A program made the position numbers and the translations under genes. This document shows, piece after piece, positions 1 through 8,737 of a DNA stretch of 64,000 bases; positions within the stretch are counted from its first letter, which is position 1; every line of letters begins with the position of its first letter. Source of the DNA: an uncultured Bacteroidales bacterium (GTDB lineage: Bacteria > Bacteroidota > Bacteroidia > Bacteroidales > UBA10428); the NCBI GenBank assembly GCA_963822145.1, contig CAWGGG010000004.1:1252972-1316971 (forward strand), given 5' to 3'. The notes beneath the pieces are model-generated. The model was not told the DNA's origin. It made no database searches and saw nothing but the letters and a program-made list of their open reading frames with translations.

Positions 1-439
1 TCAGTGCGATCAGCAAATCAATGCTGTTTTCATTATGACGATCATATTTAACCTGCCTGATAACAGTGAGTTGGTTCTGATTGAACTGTTCAATTGCTTG
101 GGCATTGAGTTTGCTGGAGGGTTTAAAATATGCCAGTTTGAAGTTCACTCCATGTGTGGTAAAGCCATTGCGGATCACATCCAGTAGACCCCTGCTTTCA
201 ATTTCTTTGAATAGGCGATGCAGGAACTGTTTCTTGACCTGTTCTCCATGAATAGTGGAGAGTTTGTTCCATTCCTTGGGTTGGCTGGTCTGGATAAAAT
301 CAAACAGGTATTTCTCCAGCAATGCGGTTTCCCGATTAAAGTCAACAGGTGATCCTTGGGTGTATTCCTTTGAAGCAAGAAGCAGGTCAACCACTTCCTG
401 TTCAAATCGGGTTTCGTTATGGATATAGGCTTCAGGCAT
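1..439 (-). CDS. hsdR: Type I restriction enzyme R subunit, N-terminal part (partial, continues beyond the left edge)
   Basis: Hand translation of the minus strand from the ATG at 439-437 gives MPEAYIHNETRFEQEVVDLLLASKEYTQGSPVDFNRETALLEKYLFDFIQTSQPKEWNKLSTIHGEQVKKQFLHRLFKEIESRGLLDVIRNGFTTHGVNFKLAYFKPSSKLNAQAIEQFNQNQLTVIRQVKYDRHNENSIDLLIAL..., open to position 1. It resembles the N-terminal nuclease region of HsdR proteins. Its start overlaps the hsdS stop (ATGCCTGA), and it lies downstream of hsdM-hsdS. It is absent from the ORF track because it runs off the edge. Confidence 0.7.
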   Translation of the reverse strand, partial: MPEAYIHNETRFEQEVVDLLLASKEYTQGSPVDFNRETALLEKYLFDFIQTSQPKEWNKLSTIHGEQVKKQFLHRLFKEIESRGLLDVIRNGFTTHGVNFKLAYFKPSSKLNAQAIEQFNQNQLTVIRQVKYDRHNENSIDLLIAL

Positions 440-1797
440 GGTTTATCGGGTAATCCCTGACATCGATCTTGCCTGTGACGGCTTCGTTAATGAGAGAGGT
501 TTTGTATTCCTGCAATAGTTCTATCTGGCAAATTTCCTTTTCAATATAGACATTATTTGCTCAACTTTTATATTTAAAAACGCATAAATTTCAATTTGCT
601 CCTTTAATGGCGATGAAGGAATCAAAACGATTTTATTATAGATGAATTTAATCCTTCCATAATTGATCCTTTGCTAAAAGCTTTAATGTAATATGCAATC
701 GATTGACTGTCATTTATTAAAGGTCAAGAAGCGGTGAATAAAACTTTATTAATCAATTCGAATTCGAATCAAATGAAATCCATAATATCCTTTTCAATTT
801 TGTCGGGAATAACCTTAGATTTACCAGTTGTTCCCATCATTGTAATTATAATATCACCTTCATTGATGGTGTATTGAATCATTTCTTCATAATATTCATC
901 TGATATATATCTTTTGCCTATTGAAAAATCATTATTAATGACATTTTCCTACCATATACCTTATATCAGATTCCGTAAGTATACAATCTTAAGCAGAATC
1001 CCAAAGGGTCCTATTTTAATACCTTCTTTACCTTCAATAAATAGAAGTTTGAGTTGTTTAACTTTCCAATGCTCCGGTATCTCCCCCAACCATTCAATCC
1101 CCGAATCCTTCATGGGCACATCTGGGTCTAATCCTTTGGTGACAGCCTGATTGATGAGTGCCGTACGTTCCTCTTGCAGTAGTTCGATGAGACGTTGCTT
1201 TTTGGCGATCAGGTCATCGATCTGCGGGTTTTGTGGTCGAGGAAGGTAGCGATTTGGGATTGTTCGGGGAAGGGAGGTAATTGTAACCGCTCATTAAAGT
1301 AAAGCCCGGTATCAAATTTTGTATCCCTGTTGTTTGCTTTATAAAACGAGTATTTTAGCTACTGAATATAAATAGTGAAAGATATAGACAAGAAAATTTA
1401 GGATCTGTATTGGGGGATAATTCAATTTTTGCTATAAAAAATTCGAGCATACTGCTCTTAGATTGAGATTAAATCTTATTACCCTTCCTACTGGTTGTTT
1501 TTCTCCACCTCCAGATTTCTCTATTAGTAAGTTGTTTTGATACAATATTCTTCCATTTTGTTGTTGAACAGGAATGTTACGATAAGTTAGGTTTTCAGTA
1601 GCAACACCCAAAGTAATCATATTATAATCTACAATCCGAATACAAACCAGATCAGTGCCGTCTTCCACTGGTTCATTTCCCCAAACACCATTAACTTCTT
1701 TGGTGATAAGCGTTTTAATTCGACATTCTGTCCAGTGTAGCGGAACTCGATCTATCCAATCAATGCCAGTATCTTTATATTCAGGGTACTGTCTCAT
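432..1797 (-). pseudogene. hsdS: Type I R-M specificity subunit HsdS, disrupted by several stops and frameshifts
   Basis: The 121-aa ORF 1432-1797 has an HsdS-like TRD1 start (IDWIDRVPLHWTECRIK) and ends at a TAG. Hand translation further down recovers the conserved HsdS central region in shifted frames: [19 protein letters not shown] / (1-nt gap near 1222) / [74 protein letters not shown]. This is followed by many in-frame stops in TRD2. An intact-looking C-terminal helix ELLQEYKTSLINEAVTGKIDVRDYPINHA* ends at 432. Confidence 0.8.
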
Positions 1798-1800
1798 AGC

Positions 1801-3513
1801 CTATTCCAATATCGCTTTAATCATCCCATCCGTTTCCTGTTCCAGCTTCAGAATATCAGTCCGTATCTCATCCAGTGACCGCAAGGGCTTGTATTTGTAA
1901 AAATACCGGGTGAAGTTGATCTCATAGCCGATCTTGGTCTTGCTGTGATCGATCCAGGCATCTGGTAAATGTGGTAAAACCTCCCGCTTGAAATATTCTT
2001 CAATATTATCCTTCAATGGCACATCTTCATTGTCACGGAGCGATGCATCCGGTTTGGGATTCCCTTTCTTATCCATCACAATCTTACAATTTTCCAGCAA
2101 AGGTCGCTCAACAACAATCCTGCTATACCCGAAGTCCTCGTTATCGAATATCTTGCAGTACTCTCCTTCACAATATTCCCCGTATATCCTGGTAATCTCA
2201 TCAATTTGCTTCTCGGAGATAATATTTCTCTTGTTCCCCAATGCCTTGGTCATTTTCTCGAACATGCCCACTGCATTGATCAGCTGTATTTTCCCCTTGC
2301 GTCTTTCTTCCTTCCTGTTTGTCAGAAACCACAGATAGGTGAAGATGCCGGTGTTATAAAAGAGCTGATCCGGGAGGGCAATAATGGCTTCGAGCATATC
2401 ATTCTCGATGATCCACTTCCGGATATCACTTTCACCTGATCCCGCACCGCCTGAAAAAAGTGGTGAGCCATTATGTACAATCCCTATTCTTGACCCCGAA
2501 CCATCTGTTTTCATCTTCGATATGAGATGCAGGAGGAATAGTAAAGAGCCATCGGATATTCGTGGCAGACCTGCACCAAACCGTCCAGCAAATCCCATCT
2601 TTTCATGCTCATCAGTTACTTGTTTCTCCACCTTCTTCCATTCCACACCGAAGGGTGGATTGGTCAGCATGTAGTCGAACTTATGGCTCGGGAAGCCGTC
2701 GTTGGACAGACTATTACCTAGTATGACGTTAGAAGGGTTCTGTCCCTTTATGACCATATCGGACTTGCAGATGGCATAGGATTCGGCGTTGAGTTCTTGT
2801 CCGAAGACCTCCAGGCGGGCATCAGGATTAAGTTCATTCAGGTATTCCTGGGCAACCGATAGCATACCTCCCGTGCCAGCACAAACATCATATAAAGTCT
2901 TTACAATGCCCTTTTTAGTTAATATTTCACGATCATTCTGGAAGAGGATGTTTACCATTAACCGTATGATCTCACGCGGGGAAAAATGCTCCCCCGCTGT
3001 CTCATTGGAAAGCTCCGAGAATCTTCTGATCAGCTCCTCATAGAGGTAGCCCATGTGATTATTATCAATCTTAGCCGGATGCAGGTCGATTTCCTGGAAC
3101 TTCTTGATTACCATAAAAAGTAAATTCGCCTCCTCCAGCTTATTGATCTGGACCTCGAAGGCAAAGTTCTCGATAATATCACGGGCGCTCTCTGAGAAAC
3201 CAGCGATATAGTTCCGCATGTTGGCTGCTATGTTCTCAGGATCGGCTATAAGCTTATTGAAATCGTACAGCGAATGATTGTGGAAGTTGTATCCGGATAC
3301 GTTGTTCAGGATGGGATCTATGTTCTGTACTTTCATGCTTAACACCCTGGGATACTCTGCCAGCACCTTAGCCTTGGTATCAGCCAGCACGCAATCGAGC
3401 CTTCTAAGGACAGTAAGTGGCAGGATCACCTTGCCATAATCACTTTGTTTATAGTCGCCCCTGAGCAGTTCGGCTATCGACCAGATGAAATTTGCTGTGT
3501 CGAAGAAATTCAT
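1801..3513 (-). CDS. hsdM: Type I R-M DNA methyltransferase subunit M (N6-adenine)
   Basis: 570-aa ORF. It has an HsdM N-terminal domain (MNFFDTANFIWSIAELLRGDYKQSDYGKVILPLTVLRRLD), the SAM motif DVCAGTGGML and the catalytic motif NPPFG. The stop lies 3 nt before the hsdS start. Confidence 0.92.
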   Translation of the reverse strand: MNFFDTANFIWSIAELLRGDYKQSDYGKVILPLTVLRRLDCVLADTKAKVLAEYPRVLSMKVQNIDPILNNVSGYNFHNHSLYDFNKLIADPENIAANMRNYIAGFSESARDIIENFAFEVQINKLEEANLLFMVIKKFQEIDLHPAKIDNNHMGYLYEELIRRFSELSNETAGEHFSPREIIRLMVNILFQNDREILTKKGIVKTLYDVCAGTGGMLSVAQEYLNELNPDARLEVFGQELNAESYAICKSDMVIKGQNPSNVILGNSLSNDGFPSHKFDYMLTNPPFGVEWKKVEKQVTDEHEKMGFAGRFGAGLPRISDGSLLFLLHLISKMKTDGSGSRIGIVHNGSPLFSGGAGSGESDIRKWIIENDMLEAIIALPDQLFYNTGIFTYLWFLTNRKEERRKGKIQLINAVGMFEKMTKALGNKRNIISEKQIDEITRIYGEYCEGEYCKIFDNEDFGYSRIVVERPLLENCKIVMDKKGNPKPDASLRDNEDVPLKDNIEEYFKREVLPHLPDAWIDHSKTKIGYEINFTRYFYKYKPLRSLDEIRTDILKLEQETDGMIKAILE

Positions 3514-3679
3514 AATGGATAAGATCTTAAGTTCGTCTAAGAAGGCTATGCGTCCTCGTTTATGAGCCGTTGGTGTTATCTAAGTGCTAACTTATCTAGG
3601 TATGCCAAGGTAACAAATTGAATTAACATTTGCAAACCCGCTGCCAGCAATGGCTTATACAAGTTGTTGGTAGCTATTT

Positions 3680-6430
3680 TTAATATGCTTCAAATGAGGA
3701 TAAATTTCTATCTAGTTCAGAATTTGCTCTTGACTCAGCTTTCATAATTCTTTTCCAATGGATAAAGAAATAAACTGAACTTATACATAGCCAAATCAAG
3801 TAACAATAAATTAATATATTACTAATTTTTAATATGAATGTTTCCGTTTTGTGTAGCAAATAGAGAAGGCAGCCTAAGAACAAAATTAGAATGTAATATA
3901 GATTAAAATTAAAGGGAAAGAAGAATCCAAGGGGCATAATCTTTTTACTGACTTTCGCAAGCTTACTTTCATTCCAATTATTTACACCATAAAATGCATA
4001 AACAAGTGAACTTCCAATTATGGCAATTTTGTTAAATTCAGAAGTGGTTATTAGTTTCATAAACCCTAAGATATAAATCGCTGTAAATCCTCCTGCCAAA
4101 AATAATAGAATAGAGTTAAACTGTCGGGTCAATATTTTATAGGTAATGGGATAAACTAAATAGGGATAACGTCTGGAGCCAGAAATATACATTATAATGT
4201 GTATTATTGATAATAAAAGAAAAAATACTAACTGCAAATTATGACTATTAAAAAATAGTAGCGAATACATACACACTGAAATAATCCAAAAGAAAAGAGA
4301 TTTTTTATTTATATTCCATGATAGTCCATTAACAAAGGTTTTCAGAATTTCTTTAGAATCATATATTTTTTCTTTTGTACTTAAAAAAAACGAGATTATA
4401 ATAGTCGGCATCATGCTTTCTCTATAATAGGGATATTCGCGGTGAACTCTCCTTTTTGGTTCTGTAACTTCTTTAATAAATTGCTTATAATTAGATATAC
4501 AGGGAACTAATTCACATATGACAGGTAGTTCATTATGTCTATGTCTAGGTCGCTGAATTGTAGTATTAATGATTTCTTTAAGTAAGAGTCGTGATAAATG
4601 TTCTTTTTTTCGTTTATTTAAAGAAGGTAGCAAATTTATTAGTTGATTAAATCTATCAGAGGTAATCCTTTTCGCAAGTAAATCAGCTGCTTTTATACTC
4701 GCAGAATCTTCACCATCTTGTATCCATGAAACCAAAAGATTTTCAAAGCTTGAACTTAAATAGCCCGCTTCACTTAAACATATTTGCCAAACCTCAGGAT
4801 GTTTAGCGAGCATATTATTGGCTGATTCAGTACCAGCCATCCCTAGTGATAAGCCGACAATTGAGGATACCTCATCATTTGAAGTAAGTCTTTTTTCAAG
4901 TTCAGAATAGAGTCTTAGTTCAATACTATCTCTAATCTTTCTTAAAAGTGGAATCAATGATCCTTTTATATCAGGATTTTTTTTGTCTATATTGTCTAGA
5001 CACACCTGAGCAGCTTTATTTTGCATTTCAATTGAAGGTGTAGGACATTCAGCAACCGCTGCAACTGCTAATATTGGGTCACTATTAAAAAAATGTACTA
5101 ATACTTCTGATGGATCTTTTTGTTGGGCAATAAAAAGCAAAATTGCTTCTCTCCACCATGTAATAGGCTTTAGTTCAGATATATCCTTTATTTGAATCTG
5201 AATTACTATCTCTTTAGATGCAAAAAACTCCTGTAAACCAAATTGTGCGAAAAACAAATTACCTCCATCCTTAAGCAGAATACCTGTTTTAATTGTTATA
5301 CTGTTAATAATATTTTCTGCTTCCTCTCGTCTATAACCAAAAGTCGGTAATAATTTGCTTATAAAATCACATGCAACATTTAATGGAATCTCAGAAATAT
5401 TATTTTTATGCATATGAAAGGAAAGGCTAGTTAAGATTCTATCATAAACATTCCTATATGGATCAGGCGAATGTCCCTGAGCCATGGCCCAATCAATAAC
5501 CAACCATCTTGCCATTGTCTGTAAATACTCATACCTTTCTTCTGGAATACCGAGGTTTGCTTCTGTATAATGCATTAAGCCACCAACAAGTAATAGTGGT
5601 GACCTAGTCAGTTCCATTATTCTCGGTGAAGTAGCCAAATCCCTAAAAAACGTATCACTAGATTTACTTTTGGGATATTCTATAGGCCATTTATTAGCGA
5701 AACGTTTAATTTGTTCATCAGATAAAGGCCTTACCTCGAATATTGACTTAATATTTAAAGGTATATCGCGATATGCCTCCTTTCTGCAAGTTACTATTAA
5801 GCTTCCGCAATTATTAAAATAATTTGAATAAAAAATATTTATTTCATCGCATATTCTCTTACGTAAATGAGGCCTTATCTCATCAAGACCATCTAGAATT
5901 ACTAATGAATGATTTAATAGATTCTTTTTTAATGTTTCACTTGGATTAGTGAAACCGAATTGCTTCATCTTTCCAATAATATGCTCAATTATTGGTTCAC
6001 TTCCACCATAATCTTTTAATCTAATGAAAAATGGCAAATTATTATGGCTACGATTCAAATGCTTAATTATTTGCTTTTTGGCAGTAGTTGACTTGCCAGC
6101 TCCTGGTCCTCCAAGAAGAACATATGAATCGGGTATATCAGGTGTATCAATTCTATCACTAGTCATAAGATCACTCACAGCCAAATCCAAATCTACATAT
6201 ACATCATTTAGAGAAAATCCCTTTCGCTTCCCGACAACTATGAGTGTATTACATTCTTCAACTAAATATTTTTTGTATTTCTTAATTGCTGTCTTGTTCT
6301 TAAAGAATAGTAGAATCGTTTTAAATACTCCTAACCATTTTAATAGTAAAATAAATATTACACTAGCGATTAGACTATAAAAAATTGCCATGTAATCCCA
6401 ATCTTTTATTAAAGGAATAAAGGTTATCAT
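3680..6430 (-). CDS. Membrane-anchored NACHT/STAND P-loop NTPase (N-terminal TM helix, NACHT, helical region, C-terminal multi-TM domain)
   Basis: 916-aa ORF. Motifs: Walker A LLGGPGAGKSTTAKK, Walker B LVILDGLDEI, NACHT-like IVTCRKEAY. There is a hydrophobic N-terminal segment (AIFYSLIASVIFILLLKWLGVF) and about 6-7 hydrophobic helices in the last ~230 aa (nt ~3683-4363). The gene is much more AT-rich than its neighbours. Confidence 0.8.
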   Translation of the reverse strand: MITFIPLIKDWDYMAIFYSLIASVIFILLLKWLGVFKTILLFFKNKTAIKKYKKYLVEECNTLIVVGKRKGFSLNDVYVDLDLAVSDLMTSDRIDTPDIPDSYVLLGGPGAGKSTTAKKQIIKHLNRSHNNLPFFIRLKDYGGSEPIIEHIIGKMKQFGFTNPSETLKKNLLNHSLVILDGLDEIRPHLRKRICDEINIFYSNYFNNCGSLIVTCRKEAYRDIPLNIKSIFEVRPLSDEQIKRFANKWPIEYPKSKSSDTFFRDLATSPRIMELTRSPLLLVGGLMHYTEANLGIPEERYEYLQTMARWLVIDWAMAQGHSPDPYRNVYDRILTSLSFHMHKNNISEIPLNVACDFISKLLPTFGYRREEAENIINSITIKTGILLKDGGNLFFAQFGLQEFFASKEIVIQIQIKDISELKPITWWREAILLFIAQQKDPSEVLVHFFNSDPILAVAAVAECPTPSIEMQNKAAQVCLDNIDKKNPDIKGSLIPLLRKIRDSIELRLYSELEKRLTSNDEVSSIVGLSLGMAGTESANNMLAKHPEVWQICLSEAGYLSSSFENLLVSWIQDGEDSASIKAADLLAKRITSDRFNQLINLLPSLNKRKKEHLSRLLLKEIINTTIQRPRHRHNELPVICELVPCISNYKQFIKEVTEPKRRVHREYPYYRESMMPTIIISFFLSTKEKIYDSKEILKTFVNGLSWNINKKSLFFWIISVCMYSLLFFNSHNLQLVFFLLLSIIHIIMYISGSRRYPYLVYPITYKILTRQFNSILLFLAGGFTAIYILGFMKLITTSEFNKIAIIGSSLVYAFYGVNNWNESKLAKVSKKIMPLGFFFPFNFNLYYILILFLGCLLYLLHKTETFILKISNILIYCYLIWLCISSVYFFIHWKRIMKAESRANSELDRNLSSFEAY

Positions 6431-6974
6431 ATGTAATAAATATTAAAAGTGATACTTGATTTTTTTTCAAAATAGCTGCCAACTAATGTTTAACCGCAAT
6501 GCGTCTAAATTCCATTTATCTAATTTAACCATACTTAATCTATCACAAGGTGATTAGGCACCGAAGTAATATGCTAAAATTTTAGTTAGGCTAAATATAA
6601 GAAAAAATGTCCTATCAATTCAATTGAGTGGAGGTATCTGGGGATGAGGTCTTAATTATCATATAACCGGGGAGCGATCAAGAAAGCGATTCAAATTTGC
6701 GAAACCCATACCGTCGTACATTGTGTTGATATACAATATACTAAGCAGTGAATAATGGAAAATGAATTTTACCTACCCGTATGCCGAGGTGATAGCCATT
6801 GGCATCATTAGTTTAATCAGCACTGTAAGTGACTGGCATATAACCCACTAAAGTTAGACTATCTAGTATATTATAAGAAAAGATATTTTTTATTTTCTGG
6901 CAAGTTATAATATACGAAACTCTTCGTAGTACGTCGAATTACATATTGAAGTTTAATCAAATTCATTGTACAAA

Positions 6975-8296
6975 TTAAACAACCCTCAATTTACTTTGCT
7001 TCTGAAAATATCCCATCAATATTTTAGCGTGTTCATCAGGAGTTACTTTGATATAAGTTAAAAATGCTCTTTCTGTTCGGTGTCCTGTTATTGCCATAAT
7101 TGTTATACTTGGGATGCCAGCTTTAAACATATTAGTAGCGAATGAACGTCGAGCGCAATGGGTGGTTAATAGTTCATATTTGAGTTTTTGCACTTGTACC
7201 TTCAATCCTGCCTTAGTCTTACTGGTTTCTGTTTTCACTTTCAGAATGTCAAGTTTTTGGCCTAATTCCTTCAAATAAGCGTTCATGTTAACATTACTTA
7301 TGTCCGGTGGCAAACTGTTAGGCTGGTCTGAATATTTACTCATTATAGCTTTTACTTGCCAATGAATCGGTATAACAACTCTTTCACCTGTCTTTTGGGT
7401 TGTAATATGAATAAATTCACCCTGTATATCCTTTCTTTGATACTGGTAAAGTCTGAAAAGCGCAAACCCGTCCAGCAACCCACCAAAAACAAATCCCGTA
7501 CACGTTCTAACCTATGGTTATCTGTTAGGTCTAAATCATATATAGCCTGAAGTTCCTGTTCATTAAGGTAAATAGTGTCGGCCTCCTCCCTTAACACCTT
7601 AAACCTTTTATAAAATGTGAATTTATTAACGTCCTTTTCAGGGCTTGCAGCTTCATTCAGAATCCTTTTTAGGTTCTTAATATGCTTGCCGATATTGTTT
7701 TGAGTAAACCCATACTTCTTTACCTCATTTCCCTCCTCGTCCTTGATAGTTTGCTTAGTTTCAAGGTACTTTACAAAGTCTGAATAGAATTCTGAATCCA
7801 TTGTATCAAAATCAACTCGCCTATTATTATCCTTTGCGAAGTCTTTCAGGCAGGTTAAGGTTTGCTGATAACTGAATGATATATCACTTCTGGAATCTTG
7901 TCTTCTTTCGGTGTTTAGTCTTTGTCGGGTTTCATTAATAAAATGCTCGGTAAATTCGAACAGATTGCTGGGTATAGTCTTCTTTTGCCCTCTTATTCCC
8001 GTTTCAAGCAGTTTTTTATACTCAGCCGGGCTTGGTTCCTGGTGGTTGTTTTCATTCAAATATCGCCGAAAAATGTCCTTTGCGTCAATTTCCATATTGT
8101 CCAGACGTAGATTAAACTCAGGGTGTTCCGGAAATGACCCTGATTGTTTTGCACGTTGTTCTTCTTTATCCCAAAATTTCGGGTTAATTGATTCCCTGGT
8201 ATAAAAAACAACTCTTTTATTTGAATATCTAATAATCAGATTAATAGGAGTATCCTTTTTTGATTTAGGACTCTTTAAGTTGAAATTTGTTTTCAT
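6975..8296 (-). pseudogene. Tyrosine recombinase/integrase (Bacteroidetes Arm-binding type) split by a -1 nt frameshift
   Basis: Two overlapping ORFs cover the gene. ORF 7352-8296 holds the N-terminal arm-binding and SAM-like domains, ending ...LFLVGCWTGLRFSDFTSIK. ORF 6975-7478 holds the catalytic part: ...KDIQGEFIHITTQKTGERVVIPIH...HCARRSFATNMF...GHRTERAFLTYIKV, with the R..HxxR..Y catalytic residues. The frames join if one A is added in the AAAGAAAGG run at about 7431-7440. Confidence 0.8.
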
Positions 8297-8340
8297 GGCA
8301 TTGATTTTAAGATCATAGTAAATATAGCCATTAGTTCAAT

Positions 8341-8364
8341 ATGGTGTCGGTTATGGTGTCGTTT
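8341..8364. repeat. Tandem 12-mer ATGGTGTCGGTT / ATGGTGTCGTTT next to the integrase start (possible arm-type or att-proximal site)
   Basis: Read directly at 8341-8352 and 8353-8364, 45 bp outside the integrase start codon (8296). Confidence 0.5.
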
Positions 8365-8516
8365 TTTATTAACTATTTTGAATTATTTCTAATTATTTTT
8401 TACTTGCTTTGATTCTAAAACCTCCATTATATAAAGCTTTTTAACATGAAACCCTTTGTTATTAAATATACTAAGAAATGTAGGTAGCAGTCCCGTCGTG
8501 ACCGCTAAAGTTGATG

Positions 8517-8544
8517 AAGCCTGAAGATCACTTCAGGCTTTTTT
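8517..8544 (+). terminator. Rho-independent terminator-like hairpin
   Basis: AAGCCTGAAG (8517-8526), loop ATCA, CTTCAGGCTT (8531-8540), followed by a T-run. Confidence 0.6.
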
Positions 8545-8737
8545 CATTTATTCATACGACGGGGCGAGAAGTTCATCCCGCCGGAATGAAAATGAAGGCA
8601 GGAAATCCCGTCATAACCGTAATAGAAGCGATTTAATCCCTTTTGGCTCAGCAAAAACGCACCTGACTTGGGTTTTTAAATGTGTAACTTGGAATAATAG
8701 TTTATCTGCAGTAATTTTATTCTTAGATTAAACAATC

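Larger units (their letters stand above)
1..8365. mobile_element. Remnant integrative genomic (defence) island; right end near the integrase, left end beyond the window
   Basis: The segment combines an integrase, a type I R-M operon and a NACHT NTPase. It is AT-rich relative to downstream sequence. It carries two inactivating lesions (hsdS, integrase). A direct 12-mer pair sits just outside the integrase start. The boundaries are not demonstrated. Confidence 0.4.

Noticed and set aside
175-1150. Track ORFs 175-405 (minus strand) and 914-1150 (plus strand).
   Set aside because: ORF 175-405 is an alternative frame inside the hsdR N-terminal coding region. ORF 914-1150 is antisense to the hsdS remnant. 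Neither shows family motifs.
3633-6714. ATTTGCAAACCC (3633) versus ATTTGCGAAACCC (6695), as possible direct repeats flanking the NACHT gene.
   Set aside because: The similarity is only about 12 nt with an indel, and the spacing relative to the ORF is asymmetric. It is likely chance. The 15-bp inverted repeat reported in the NACHT finding is the better, though still weak, flank signal.
8560-8585. GAAGTTCATCCCGCC looked like a tRNA T-arm or 3' end, as a possible integrase target.
   Set aside because: I could find no complementary T-stem, acceptor stem or anticodon arm by hand. The same 19-mer recurs at 9871, which fits a repeat or regulatory element rather than a tRNA.
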